A stretch of DNA of 64,000 nucleotides from Eledone cirrhosa (Eukaryota), in the NCBI GenBank assembly GCA_964016885.1, contig OZ024754.1:43710001-43774000 (forward strand). Direction: 5' to 3'. The notes beneath the pieces are model-generated. The model had not been told where the DNA came from. It was given only the letters and a program-made list of their open reading frames with translations, and ran no database searches. A program made the position numbers and the translations under genes. The first letter of the stretch is position 1. Each line of letters starts with the position of its first letter. Below, in pieces: positions 16,519 through 31,750 of this stretch.

Positions 16519-16744
16519 GAAGGCCAAAAATGATAAGCTAACAACACAGAGACCAATTACAAAAACTAATATTAGGTCCTCACTTGGAATAAAAAATAGA
16601 AGTGTTTTCAATGTTTCGGGCATTAGTCCTTCATCGGAATTAAAGAAAGGAAAAGACTACTCTCTCACTCATAGTCTCTCATTTCTTACCTCCTACTCCT
16701 ACCCTCTCACTTTCAGATAGACTTTGTTGTCTTTTGTCTTGCTT

Positions 16745-17090
16745 TGCTGTTACTGTTGTTGTTATTGTTGTAGTTGCTAGCCTTGTTGTTGTTGTCATTA
16801 ATGTTGTAACTGTTGTTGTTGTTGTTGTAGTTGCTAGCCTTGTTGTTGTTGTCATTGCTGTAGTAACTGTTGTTGTTGTTGTTGTAGTTGCTAGCCTTGT
16901 TGTTGTTGTCATTGTTGTTGTAACTGTTGTTGTTATTGTTGTAGTTGCTAGCCTTGTTGTTGTCATTGATGTTGTAACTGTTGTTGTTGTTGTTGTTGTC
17001 ATTGCTGTTGTAACTGTTGTTATTGTTGTTTTTGTTGTCATTGTTGTTGTAAGTGTTGTTGTTATTGCTACTGTTGTTGTTGTTGTTGCT
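16745..17090. repeat. (GTT)n-derived ~54-bp minisatellite
   Basis: Repeating gtagttgctagccttgttgttgttgtcatt...gtaactg. Confidence 0.85.
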
Positions 17091-17762
17091 CTAGTTGAAG
17101 TTGCTATCTACGTTATCGGTGTTATTGTTTCAAAAGTGAGCAACTCAAAGATATTTAGATATCTCCAGAGAATTGTTTAGTTAACAAGAGAAATGCCATG
17201 TCAAAAGTGATCCAACATACTTTAATCCCGTCTGTTTGTCTTGTTCTCCTAACAAAAGCAACCCCTAGACAATTTGTCAGGGTCGAAACGGTATCGTGAT
17301 ATCGTGATCCCTTTATCATCTTTAACTTTCGTAAAGTGTTGGCCCGTGGCTCAAACAAATAGTAATATTTTAACAAACATTTAACGAACGTCCAAAGCTT
17401 TAGGGTAGCTACTCTTTGACAGAATACTCTAATATCACCTTTCCTTGCTAGAATTTACACTTCAAATAGATACCTAAACATTAACGGTTCAGACATCACT
17501 TGTTCACCAATATCGGAGTCAATTTGAACTTTGTTGAGATCTTTCGGGGCCTAGATAACACCGAATCTACTCAGAGGACCAGGGGCGGTTTCAGGCGGTT
17601 TTATATCAAAAGGGAGACCACATGAAATGGAAGACCCCTTCAGTCAAACTGAATCCGACTCCCTTGATTTTGGTAAGGCATACTTTCATATAAATAATAA
17701 AAATAATCATTTGATGAATCTCAATGATCAAAACATACTTCATAAGGCGGCGACATAGCCAA

Positions 17763-18157
17763 TGGTGGTGGTGGTGGGTGATGGTGGTGTTGGTGGTGGT
17801 GGTGGTGGTGGTGGTGGTGGTGGTGGTGGTGATGTGATAGTGGTGGTGATGGTGGTGTTGGTGGTGGTGGTGGTGGTGGTGGTGGTGGTGTTGGTGGTGG
17901 TGGTGGTGGTGGTGGTGGTGATGTGATAGTGGTGGTGATGGTGGTGTTGGTGGTGGTGGTGGTGGTGGTGGGTGCTGGTGGTGTTGGTGGTGGTGGTGGT
18001 GGTGGTGGTGGTGTTGGTGGTGGTGGTGGTGGTGGTGGTGTTGGTGGTGGTGGTGGTGGTGGTGGTGGTGGTGGTGGTGGTGGTGGTGTTGGTGGTGGTG
18101 GTGGTGGGTGGTGGTGGTGGGTGCTGGTGGTGGTGGTGGTGGTGTTGGTGGTGGTGG

Positions 18158-18188
<31 letters not shown>

Positions 18189-18420
18189 GGTGTTGGTGGT
18201 GATGGTGGTGGGTGCTGGTGGTGGTGGTGGTGGTGGTGTTGATGGTGGTGGGTGCTGGTGGTGTTGGTGGTGGTGGTGGTTGGTGGTGGTGGTTGGTGGT
18301 GGTGGTGTTGTTGTTGTTGTTGTTGGTGGTGGTGGTGTTGGTGGTGATGGTGGTGGGTGCTGGTGGTGGTGGTGGTGGTGGTGGTGGTGGTGGTGGTGGT
18401 GGTGGTGGGTGCTGGTGGTG

Positions 18421-18452
<32 letters not shown>

Positions 18453-18480
18453 GGTGGTGGTATTGGTGGTGATGGTGGTG

Positions 18481-18512
<32 letters not shown>

Positions 18513-19225
18513 GGTGGTGGTGGTGGTGGTTGGTGGTGGTGGTGGTGGTTGGTGGTGGTGTTGGTGTTGGTGGTGGTGTTTTTGTTATTGTTGTTGTTGA
18601 TGGTGGTGTTGGTGGTGGTGGTGGTTGGGGTGGTGGTGGCGTTGTTGGTGGTGTTGTTGGTGGTGATAGTATTATTGTTGCTGTTGTTCAGAAACATTAA
18701 CAACAACAACAACAACAGTAACAACAACAACAACAACAGTAACAACAACAACAACAACAGTAACAACAACAACAACAGTAACAACAACAGTAACAACAAC
18801 AACAGTAACAACAACAACAACAGTAACAACAACAACAACAGTAACAACAACAACAACAGTAACAACAACAACAGTAACAACAACAGTAACAACAACAACA
18901 ACAGTAACAACAACAGTAACAACAACAACAGTAACAACAACAACAACAGTAACAACAACAACAACAGTAACAACAACAACAGTAACAACAACAGTAACAA
19001 CAACAACAACAACAACAACAACAGTAACAACAACAACAACAGTAACAACAACAACAGTAACAACAACAGTAACAACAACAACAACAGTAACAACAACAGT
19101 AACAACAACAACAGTAACAACAACAACAACAGTAACAACAACAACAACAGTAACAACAACAACAGTAACAACAACAGTAACAACAACAACAACAACAACA
19201 GTAACAACAACAGTAACAACAACAA
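17763..19225. repeat. (GGT)n tract followed by an (AAC)n tract interrupted by AGT
   Basis: Direct reading. Confidence 0.95.
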
Positions 19226-20226
19226 GATAAAGACATTTTTTTCAAAGAAATTTGAAACGCGAGAAGTAAAGCTAAATTAATATTTAAAAAATATATTCTA
19301 CTTTTTAATTTTTCTTTTTCTCTCTCACTCTCACTCCCTCTCTCTCTCTCTCTCTCTCTCGCTCTCTCTCTCGCTCTCGCTCTCTCACTCCCCCCTCTCT
19401 CTCTCTCTCACACACACACACAACACACACACACACTCCCTTACACTTTCTCTGTCTCTCTGTCTCACACACACTCACTCTATCTCCCTCTTCCTCTCCT
19501 TCTCTCTCTTTCATCCTCTTTCTCTCCCTCTCTCTCTTCCTCTCTCTATCCTCCGTTTCTCTCCGCCTCTCTCTCTCACTCTCTCCCAATCTCTCTGCCT
19601 CTCAATCCTCTCTCTCTCATTCTCTCTCTCTTCCTCTCTCTATCCCTCATTTCTCTCCTCCTCTCTCTCCTCTCTCACTCCTCTCTCTCTCCTCTCTTCT
19701 CTCTCTTCTCTCTCTATCCCCCCCTCTCTCCTCTCTTCTCTCTCTTCTCTCTCTATCCCCCCTCTCTCCTCTCTTCTCTCTCTTCTCTCTCTATCCCCCC
19801 CTCTCTCCCCCCGACCCGTACCCAATTTCCTACCAGACATCACAATTCACCAACCTTCTACGGCTCAGTGACTCTACAAAGCCGTGTGACGTCAATTAAG
19901 CAAAGCTGATTAAAAAAGAGCCTCGTTGTGGTGGCGGCCTCTTCATTTCTCCACTCCGCCATTTTTTTTTTTATCGTATTCTTGTTTGTTTCTTGCTCTT
20001 CTTTATGTCTTCTGTTGAGTTAATTTCTCCTTTTTTTACTTTTCTTTTTCTAAAATCTATCTCGACCAGAAATAAGTAATGTAATGTAATATATTCTAAA
20101 TTATGGAGAAGCTCTGATGTCGAGCACAAACGAGAAACTAATATGAAAAGCCGTTTCAGTTGAAAATATAGTCTATGTATCTATAGTGCACGTATTTTCC
20201 TTTTTTTTTTTTATATTTAAAATACA

Positions 20227-20548
20227 TACGCCATGCTTTCTAGTATAGTTACGTCTCATTACAGTCTGAGTTCAAATCCCGTCGAGGTTAAGTTTGCCTT
20301 TCATCCTTACGGAGTCGATAAAATAAAGTACCAGTAATGCACTGAGATAATTGCTGGCCTTATGCCAAAGGAAGAAACAATATTATACGCTTTGGCGGTG
20401 AATTTGGAGTCGTTAGAACGTCGGATAAAATACTTTTCAGTATTCGGCTAAGCTCTCCGGTCGCTCAGTTCAAATCCCGTCGAGGTCAACTTTGCCTTTC
20501 ATCCTGTCGAGGTCGATAAAAAAAAGTACCAGTCTAATACTGGGGTCC
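20227..20548 (+). mobile_element. Two adjacent Nin/Deu-domain SINE copies
   Basis: Two B-box plus core units (20227-20385 and 20394-20548). Confidence 0.85.
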
Positions 20549-20719
20549 GATTCTTCCTCTCTATCTCTTTCTTATTTCCATTCTTTCACTTGTTATCCTC
20601 TTTGGAAGAAATTTGCTTTATTCAGATCTGGAAGGAGCTGGGCTCCGCCGAGTTTTTAAATGCCCTCGAAACGCCGCATGTCAATACGGTTCCCCTACAA
20701 CATATATATGCGTGTGTAT

Positions 20720-20772
<53 letters not shown>

Positions 20773-21189
20773 GTAACTACTGGATACTTAACACCCGTAT
20801 TAAACCTGATAGGTGTCCTTTGGTTTATTTCCATAACTTTTCTTCCCTTCCTGGCGCTGAAATAAGTAAGCTTGCCTGTGTCCAGAGCCAGAGTCACGGT
20901 AAGCCACATAATGTTCCTAAAACCACAATTAGAATTCCCTCCGGACTTTTTCGGCCATGATCGTTACTTGGTTAGAGGAGTTCATAAACTTCATTCCATA
21001 TCACAATGTAGGACGGACATCAAGAGTTCGGACAATTCTGTGGTTGACTTGGTCTTGAATTAGTGTAAATAATATAAAATATATTCTAAGTTTCGAGTAA
21101 AAACTAAATCAATTAATTATGCAGTAGAATATATGGTAAGTTATTCATAGGCATTACCATCGATTAGTTTTGATTGGATGCTTTTTGTC

Positions 21190-21733
21190 CTTGTGCCCTG
21201 TGGTGCTCTGTAGTACCATATGGTGCCCTGTGGTGCCCTATGGGGTCGTGTTGTTCCCTAATATGCTCAGTGGAGCTCTGTGGTTCCTTGGGGTGCCGTG
21301 CGCGGGCCCTGTGGTTCCCTTTGATGCCGTGTGGTACCGTGTAACGCCCTGTAGTTCCCTGTAGTTCCTTGTAGTTCCTAGTGGTGCAGTGTGATGCCCT
21401 GTAGTTCCCTGTAGTTTCATGTGGGGCATTGTGGTGCCGTGTGTGATGCCCTGTAGTTTCCTGTGGTACGGTACCGCGTGGCGCCCTGCAGATCCCTGTA
21501 GTGCCGTGTGGTGCCCTGTAGTTTCCTGTGGTACCACGTGGCGCCCTGCAGATCCCTGTAGTGCCGTGTGGTGCCCTGTAGTTCCTTGTGGTGCCGAGTG
21601 ACACCTTGTGGTGCCCTGTGGTGCCTGTGATGCCCTATAGTTCCCTATAGTTCCCTGTAGTTCCTTGTGGCGCCGTGTGGTGCCCTGTAGTTCTATGTAG
21701 TGCCGTGTGGCGCCGTGTGGTGCCCTGTAGTTC
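21190..21733. repeat. Decamer-based satellite (GTGGTGCCCT/GTAGTTCCCT)
   Basis: ~10-bp periodicity with a 60-bp duplicated block at 21478-21590. Confidence 0.9.
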
Positions 21734-21840
21734 TGAAATGCATTACTGATGATGATCAACCGACTGGATGTCTGCTGCACTTGAAAACGTATTCCAGCCA
21801 TCATCTCGTCTTTCAGCTTTCAGACAATATTACCCAATCT

Positions 21841-21903
<63 letters not shown>

Positions 21904-22047
21904 CTTTATATACATATATATATATATATATGTTTATATATATATATATATATATATATATGTTTATATATATATATATACATATATATATGTGTATGTA
22001 TCTATGTTTATAATATATATATATATATGCATATATATATATATATA

Positions 22048-22092
<45 letters not shown>

Positions 22093-22175
22093 ATATATGC
22101 ATATATATATATTATAAACATAGATACATACATATATATATATGTATATAAACATATATATATATATATATATAC

Positions 22176-22209
<34 letters not shown>

Positions 22210-22224
22210 TATAAACATAGATAC

Positions 22225-22293
<69 letters not shown>

Positions 22294-22300
22294 CATTACA

Positions 22301-22355
<55 letters not shown>

Positions 22356-22579
22356 CGGGTGAGAGAGTGAGAGATGGCAATAGTTATATCTATCAGACCA
22401 AGTAAAGCACATAAGCGGCCCTGAAGATAATTTGAGCTAAGATTAAGACGCGGTAAAAAAATGCAGTTTTAATTTAGTGACATCTCTATATTGTAAGTAA
22501 TGGAAGACTGCATTGGTAATGGAATAGCATTGGTGGCAGACTAATTACTGGAGATGGAGATTTCATTATGTACTCAATA

Positions 22580-22639
22580 CCACTACTACTGCTACTACTG
22601 CTGCTGCTGCTACTACTACTACTGCTGTGGCTGCTGCTG

Positions 22640-22695
<56 letters not shown>

Positions 22696-22747
22696 GCTGC
22701 TGCTGCTACTACTACTACTATTACTGCTGCTGCTGCTGCTGCTGCTG

Positions 22748-22778
<31 letters not shown>

Positions 22779-23553
22779 GACTACCACTACCACAACCACT
22801 GCCCCTACCACTACTACCATCACCATCAACAACAACTTCCTGCAACATCAGACGGTGACTAAGATCATCACCACCATCATCACCATCATCATCACCATCA
22901 TCATCACCACCACCATCACCATCATCACCATCACCATCATCATCACCACCATCATCATCACCACAACCATCACCATCACCACCATCATCATCACCACCAC
23001 CATCACCATCATCACCATCACCATCATCATCACCATCACCATCACCATCACCACCATCATCATCGTTGTCATCAACAAGTTGAAGACGGCGGGGATGAAG
23101 GTCTTGATGGTGATGATGATGATGATGATGGTGGTGATGGTGATGATGGTGATGGTGGTGGTGATGATGATGGTGGTGATGGTTGTGGTGATGGTGATGG
23201 TGATGGTGATGGTGATGATGATGATGATGGTGATGATGGTGGTTGTGATGGTGATGATGGTGGTGATGGTGATGGTTGTGGTGATGGTGGTGGTGATGGT
23301 GATGGTGGTGATGGTGATGGTGGTGGTGGTGGTGGTGGTGGTGGTGATGGTGATGGTTGTGGTGATGGTGGTGGTGGTGATGGTGATGGTGATGGTTGTG
23401 GTGATGGTGATGGTGGTGATGGTGATGGTGGTGGTGGTGGTGGTGATGGTGATGGTGGTGATGGTGATGGTGGTGGTGATGGTGATGGTGGTGGTGGTGA
23501 TGGTGGTGGTGGTGGTGGTGGTGATGGTGATGGTGGTGGTGGTGGTGGTGGTG
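22580..23553. repeat. Trinucleotide field: (CTA/CTG)n, (CAC/CAT)n, then (GAT/GGT)n
   Basis: Direct reading. Confidence 0.95.
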
Positions 23554-23642
23554 TAGAATGATTAATGGAGATGATGAGGTGGAAGATGAAGAAGATGATA
23601 GCAATGAAATTAACTCTCAATTTTCAAATTGGTAGACATTCC

Positions 23643-24112
23643 AGTTATGGCAATATCGGTCGAGGGTCGGACGCCATGCTTTCCAGCATAGAGTTACGTC
23701 CCTTTACGGTTTGAGTTCAAATCACTTGGTACAAGGCCAGCAATTACCCCCAGTGCATTACTAGTACTTTATTTTATCGACCTCCTTAAAGATGAAAGGC
23801 AAAGCTAACCTCGGAGGGATTTGAACTCAGAACGTAAAGAGCCATAACTCTGTGCTGAAAATCATAGTCACTAACGCTCTACCGATATTGCCAAGGCCAT
23901 AATAATGGTTTCTTATATAGGCACAAGGCCAGCAATTTTGGAGGAGAGAAAGTCGATTAATTCGACCCAGTACATTACTGGTACTTTATTTTATCGACCC
24001 CCGTAAGGATGAAAAACAAAGTTAACCTCGGCAGGATTTGAACTCAGATCATAAAGGGCCGTAACTCCATGCTGCAAATCATGGTGACTAACGCTCTTCC
24101 GATACTGCCAAA
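23643..24112. mobile_element. SINE cluster: 5' half on + (23643-23722) and two copies on - (23727-23895, 23900-24112)
   Basis: Family consensus matches in both orientations. Confidence 0.9.
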
Positions 24113-24347
24113 GCCCTAACAACAACAACAACAATGGCACTACTGTTCCGGCTATAAAAGATTATTGGCGGTATATCGACAGAAGTTTAAGTGCGGTCAT
24201 GTAAAATAATCTGCGTTGATTACATGTGGATGTCAAATGGCGTAGACACGTGCCTGTCACTATGTCGACACACCGGAATATATGCATACACATGTAGTGC
24301 TATATATATATATGTGTGTGTGTGTATATATAAATATTTATATACAG

Positions 24348-24426
<79 letters not shown>

Positions 24427-24427
24427 G

Positions 24428-24478
<51 letters not shown>

Positions 24479-24487
24479 CACACACAC

Positions 24488-24530
<43 letters not shown>

Positions 24531-24563
24531 CACACATATATATATAGAGAGAGAGACACACAC

Positions 24564-24612
<49 letters not shown>

Positions 24613-24782
24613 AAGAGAGAGAGAGGGGGGAGAAGGGAGGCAAATTATGTAAAACGTAGAAATGGATTATATTGCCAATTACTAAGCTGTATGTGTGTGT
24701 GTGTAATGTATAGCTCTATGTGTGGGTGTGTAATATATACATATGTGTGTACAATATATAGCAAATTTCCTGCACGAAAACT

Positions 24783-25020
24783 TACGAAATACTGCCGGGG
24801 TCCTTCACAAATATCCTGCAAGACAACCTCCGAAATACTGCCGGGTCCTTCACAAATGTCCTACAAGACAACCTACGAAATACTGCCGGGTCCTTCACAA
24901 ATGTCCTACAAGACAACCTACGAAATACTGCCGGGTCCTTCACAAATATCCTGCAAGACAACCTACGAAATACTGCCGGGTCCCTCACAAATATCCTGCA
25001 AGACAACCTACGAAATACCG
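24783..25020. repeat. 45-bp minisatellite, ~5 copies
   Basis: tacgaaatactgccgggtccttcacaaatgtcctacaagacaacc. Confidence 0.95.
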
Positions 25021-26239
25021 AACAAAAGTTCGATCAATATATCAGAATAGACAAATGTGCCAAAGTTATTGTACAATGAGACTAATTACAACCTTTTCTT
25101 AATCATATTACTAATGAAATTATTCGCTAATTTAATTAATGAAGAATTTTGAAGGATTTACTAAAATAGTAACTTAACATATGGTTCTGATATAAAATTA
25201 TTTTTGAAGATTTTAATATAAATAGGATCTCTAACCTTTTCACGGCCGTACTACTAATGAAATACACGCTATTATAATTAATTAATGTAGGATTTATTAA
25301 AATTATTAATTGATTAATTACTAAAATAAAATCTTAACATATGGTTCTTATATAAAATTATTTTGGAATCTTTAATGTGTTAATTCGTAGAACCAGAAGA
25401 TGTTTTAGCCAGGTGATGATGATGATGGTGGTGTTGATGGTGGTGGTGGTGGAGGTGGTGGTGGTGATGATGGTGGTGGTGGTAGTGGTGGTCTTGGTGG
25501 TGGTGATGATGATGGTGGTGGTGGTGGTGGTGGTGGTGGTGGTGGTGGTGGTGATGATGGTGGTGTTGATGGTGGTGGTTATGGTGATGGTAGTGATGGT
25601 GGTGGTGGTGGTGATGATGGTGGTAGTGGTGGTCTTGGTGGTGGTGATGATGATGGTGGTGGTGGTGGTGGTGGTGGTGGTGATGGTGGTGGTGGTGGTG
25701 TTGGTGGTGGTAGTGACAACGACACCAGCAACAAGACACACTGACCAACGTCTGACCAACGTCTGACCAACGTCTGACCAACAATCATCTTTTTCCTGTT
25801 TGTTTGGTTTTTTAAATTAAATATGGCCGCCAAGAAATTCGATACGGCTAATCAGTGATTGGTGGAAGTAATAGAGGTGAACTGTTGACCAGAGGTAAGT
25901 AGGAGGATGGGGGTAGTGAGATGGAGAGGAGAGGGGGGCAAGGAGGGGGAAGTGGAGGATAAGAGGTAGTGAGAGGGACGGAGAGGTAGGCAAGGTGGGG
26001 GAGGGGGGGGGGGAGAAGGAGGAAGGGGAGGTAGGCAGAGTGGGGAAGATGGGATGTTCCCCGGAGGTACAACATAGAGGTAGCCCAAAGTTCACACATT
26101 GATAAAGTATATGGAAAATAGGCAAGAAATGTGTGAAACCTACAACAGTGATTAGACATTGAGGGGAGGGGGTGTAGGTATGGACTGTTGTAGGTGTGGG
26201 GTAGATAGATAGGTGTGTATATATATATAGAGAGAGAGA

Positions 26240-26302
<63 letters not shown>

Positions 26303-26315
26303 CGAGAGAGAGAGT

Positions 26316-26670
26316 CAGACAGCTAAATAGATAGACAGACAGATAGACATAAAAATAGAGAAACAGGTAGACATAAAATAGACAGATAGACAGACAAACA
26401 GACACATACGACAGATAGACACAGACGACAGGTAGACACAGACGACAGATAGACAGACAGACACATACGACAGATAGACACAGACGACAGATAGACAGAC
26501 AGACACAGACGACAGATAGACAGACAGACAGACACAGACGACAGACAGACACAGACGACAGATAGACACAGACGACAGATAGACAGACAGACAGACACAG
26601 ACGACAGATAGACACAAACGACAGACAGACACAGACGACAGACAGACAGAGCCAGACGATAGTCAGACAA
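26316..26670. repeat. GACA/GATA/GAC compound minisatellite
   Basis: Repeating acacagacgacagatagac. Confidence 0.9.
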
Positions 26671-26987
26671 CTAAAAAATCTTTTTTTCCATTCTATAATA
26701 AGAATAATTCCTTCATAAATTTGACATAAAACACAAGTCGTTGGTAGTGATACTCTGAAGAATATCTCCTCTCCAAGACATTCACACAGCTTCCAATATT
26801 ACTTCCCAAGATCTCATTACAATTCTGTCTTGGACTCCATAGCATTGCATTGGAATTGTCTTAGAATGGTTCCGATGTCTGAGATTAATAATAAAAATCA
26901 ACAAACGTTTATAATGTAAAGAAAATGGTATTTCCTTAACTGTATATATATAATATTTTATATATATACTTTATATATATACTTGTG

Positions 26988-27018
<31 letters not shown>

Positions 27019-27023
27019 ATACT

Positions 27024-27066
<43 letters not shown>

Positions 27067-27470
27067 GTATATATATATATAATACACATACATATACATA
27101 TATATATATGCATATATATACACACATATATATATACTTTTTTATATATATATGTGTGTGTGTGCGTGTGTGTGAGTATGTCTGTGTGTGTGTGCGTGTG
27201 TGTTTTATACATATTTTTTATATATAATTTTATATATACTTTTTAGATATATATTTTTACAGAATTTTATATATTATTCTATATATATTCTTCATATATA
27301 CTTTATATATATTTTATATTTTTTGCATTATTTTTCTTATTTTTCTTTTATATATTTATTTATTTTGTTATTATTTTCACATTCTACATCGGAAAATAGT
27401 CAATGCCCGGTAAATACTGTGTACGAGTGTATATAATGTGTATATATAGTTGGGGAAAGTATGTGTGTAA

Positions 27471-27523
<53 letters not shown>

Positions 27524-27646
27524 TGTGAGTGTGTGTGTGTGTGTATGTGTGTGTGTGTGTGTGTAATGTGGTGTGTGTGTGTATGTATGTGTGTGTGCGT
27601 GTGTCAGTGTGTATATGCCTAAGTATGTATGATATGTGAAATATAT

Positions 27647-27673
27647 TTTTCACTATGGGATTGTAAGTATATA

Positions 27674-27704
<31 letters not shown>

Positions 27705-27736
27705 TCACGTTATATACTTACAATCCATAGTGAAAA
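27647..27736. repeat. Near-perfect palindrome centred on (TA)n
   Basis: ttttcactatgggattgtaagtatataacgtga-(TA)n-tcacgttatatacttacaatccatagtgaaaa. Confidence 0.85.
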
Positions 27737-27794
27737 GTATATATATATAACCCGTTATATATATATATTATATATATATATATATATATATGTT

Positions 27795-27827
<33 letters not shown>

Positions 27828-27840
27828 ATATATATCACAT

Positions 27841-27908
<68 letters not shown>

Positions 27909-27972
27909 CTGTGTAATGGATGTATCTAAGCAATAGATCATGAGTAAAGCAATCACGTGTATGTAACTTTAA

Positions 27973-28031
<59 letters not shown>

Positions 28032-28080
28032 GTACATACTCTTTTACTCTTTTATTAATATATATATATATATATACAAC

Positions 28081-28112
<32 letters not shown>

Positions 28113-28337
28113 ATGTATGTGTATATATATATATATATGTTCCTATAAACCAGGCTTATAATGAGTAACTTATGTAGATATACACTATACATACATATAC
28201 ACAGACAATCATATATACACTCCCAAACATACAGACATGTGAATGTATGTAGAATTGTGTATGAGTGTGGTGAGTGTATAAAGGATGAAGAAATAAATAC
28301 ATATGAGGCAATCAAATGATTGATAGATATATATATA

Positions 28338-28801
28338 CCCGTCTATATATATATACATACCTATATAGCCATCTATATATACACACATATATAGCCGTCT
28401 CTCTCTCTATATATATATATACACACCTACATAGCCGTCTATATATACACACATATATAGCCGTCTCTCTCTATATATACACACCTACATAGCCGTCTAT
28501 ATATACACACATATATAGCCGTCTCTCTCTCTATATATATATACACACCTACATAGCCGTCTATATATACACACGTATATAGCCGTCTCTCTCTCTATAT
28601 ATATATACATACCTACATAGCCGTCTATATATACACACATATATACCCGTCTCTCTCTCTATATATATATATACATACCTACATAGCCGTCTATATATAC
28701 ACACATATATATATACACACCTACATAGCCGTCTATATATACACACATATATATAGCCGTCTCTCTCTCTATATATATATATACATACCTACATAGCCGT
28801 C

Positions 28802-28834
<33 letters not shown>

Positions 28835-28880
28835 CTATATAGCCGTCTCTATATATACGCACACACACAGCCGTCTATAT
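28338..28880. repeat. Compound minisatellite anchored on ATAGCCGTCT
   Basis: cacctacatagccgtct and atatagccgtctctctc alternate with TA/CA runs. Confidence 0.9.
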
Positions 28881-29000
28881 AATACACACCCACACATACA
28901 GACACACCACATAGATAGATATTCTGGGAAAGACAGACAGACAGACAGATAGATATGTATATATATGTGTGTGTGAGTGTGTATGTTTGTGTGTATGTCT

Positions 29001-29102
<102 letters not shown>

Positions 29103-29119
29103 TGTGTGTCTGTGTCTAT

Positions 29120-29155
<36 letters not shown>

Positions 29156-29584
29156 CTCAGTGTGTGTATGTGTGTGTTTGTGTGTCTCCCTGTGTGTTTA
29201 TATGTGTGCCTGTGTGCCTGTGTGTGTGTACACTCTCTTCGTCTCTGCCCTCCTTTCGTCACAAACCTGGAACTTAATCTAACCCTAACTCTATCTTCAG
29301 CTCAACACGACACCAACTCATCTTTAGTCTATGTAACAGCTCGCCTCTTTCGTCGTTCTACCTGCAGCCATTAACAGTATCATCTTGTTTGATTCAGTTA
29401 TCTGCCCCTTAATATCATCGGTTGTTGAATATCTAGAAAGATCAGTGTTGACTCACAGGAAACTAGAAAACTAGGAATGCAGAGGTTAAAAGTAATTTTA
29501 AAATAAACTAAAACAATGAAAAAGAGAAGAGATATAACGTTTCGAAGATGTCGGCAGAATCACTAGAATATAAGACGAATTACA

Positions 29585-29775
29585 TGGCGGTATTTGTTAT
29601 GGCTCTCTACATTCTAAGTTCAAATCCCACTGAGGTTAACTCTGTCTGTCATTTCTTATGGATTGATAAAACATAGTACCAATCCAGGTTATTGGATTGG
29701 CTAAATGGTTAAAACATCTGACGAGTCACCCTGGGGTCTCTGTTCTAGTTGTTTGTGGTCTGTGTTCAAATCTTA
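29585..29775 (+). mobile_element. Old SINE copies
   Basis: aagttcaaatcccactgaggttaact..gattgataaaacatagtacc followed by a second tRNA-like head. Confidence 0.6.
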
Positions 29776-30054
29776 CTATCCTACTAGGTTATACTTGGTT
29801 GGTTGAGTTAATCCCTCATTCCGGTTAATGCCACCACTTTAAAGCATTATTATCATTATAGGCCCGAGACAGACTTATATTTGTACACACACACACACAC
29901 GCGCACACACACACGCACACACACACACACGCATACACACACACGCACACACACGCACACACACGCACACTCACACACACGCACGCACGCACACGCACAC
30001 ACACACACGCACACACACACGCACACACACGCGCGCACACGCACACACGCACAC

Positions 30055-30085
<31 letters not shown>

Positions 30086-30244
30086 CACACACACGCACAC
30101 AAGACAATGAAGGGAAAGTATTCTAAATGCAATTTTGTAATTCTGTGCGTGTCTACAACTGTGTATCTATGAGTGTGTGTATGTGTTTATGACAGGGTGT
30201 GACTATGACTGTATGTGTGTCTGGGAGTGTGTGTGTCAACGACA

Positions 30245-30279
<35 letters not shown>

Positions 30280-30298
30280 TGCATGTATACATACATAT

Positions 30299-30343
<45 letters not shown>

Positions 30344-30441
30344 TACATACACACACACACATATATATATATGTGTGTGTATGTATGTATATATATATAC
30401 GTATATATATATTGGAATGTATGTATGTATATATGTATGTG

Positions 30442-30479
<38 letters not shown>

Positions 30480-30798
30480 AAGGAGTGTGTGGTGTATCTA
30501 TCTGCAAGATGTAATGAGTTAAGTCTCAGATGTTTGGAATAACTTGCACCAAACATTGAGATTTTGTCACAAATATCAGGATATGTGATACATGTTTCAC
30601 AAAATGGCGGCTAACGTTAAGCCGCAATAGATAGGTTTTGGCCAATCAAAGATCTCCAACACAAATATTTAGAAATGTTGTAAGTCTAGGAAAATAGTGT
30701 AAGTAAAAATATCACAAAACCAGAAATAAAATATATTTACTTTAAAATGTTAAAAAAAGAAGTGTAATAGTTCGGGAAGGTTAGATATCTCTGTGTTG

Positions 30799-31100
<302 letters not shown>

Positions 31101-31208
31101 TGGTGGTCGGCGTTGTTGTTATTGTTGATGTTTTGTCGATGAGTTTTCTCAGTTTTTAGTGTATTCTAATACACTGTGGCTTCATCTCGATCAGAGACGA
31201 CATTGTTT

Positions 31209-31281
<73 letters not shown>

Positions 31282-31347
31282 TATATATATATATATAGTA
31301 TATATATATGTATATATATATATATATAGTATATATATAAATATATG

Positions 31348-31516
<169 letters not shown>

Positions 31517-31750
31517 CATATATGTATACATATATATATAATCTGTATATATACTATATATACTACATATTATAAATATATATATATAAAATATATATAT
31601 TATATACATATATATATAAATATATATAATATGTAGTATATATAGTATATATATAGATAGATAATATATATTATATATAAATATATATAATATATATATA
31701 TATTATATATATGCATACATTTAGTTATATATATATATATGTATATATGT

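Noticed and set aside
21126-21141. 11-nt microexon (cag|tagaatatatg|gtaagt)
   Set aside because: Poor polypyrimidine tract and no corroborating neighbouring exons
21746-21795. CTGATGA...GAAAAC near (TA)n
   Set aside because: No credible stem I or stem II
22421-22457. CTGAAGA-hairpin-AAGAC-GCG-GTA (similar cases at 58322-58372, 46345-46382 minus, 15306-15335 minus, 17245-17297, 20628-20685)
   Set aside because: GAAA or CUGANGA is broken at several positions; these may be decayed hammerheads but cannot be supported by eye
24783-25020. Regular repeat arrays (also 12786, 43923, 61185, 62278) as CRISPR
   Set aside because: No unique spacers, no cas genes, eukaryotic context
26700-26885. Possible RLE-LINE C-terminal remnant
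   Set aside because: Resemblance is too faint and broken by frameshifts
28338-28880. ATAGCCGTC minisatellite as a derivative of family A (ttagccgtc)
   Set aside because: Only 8-9 shared bases, which could be chance
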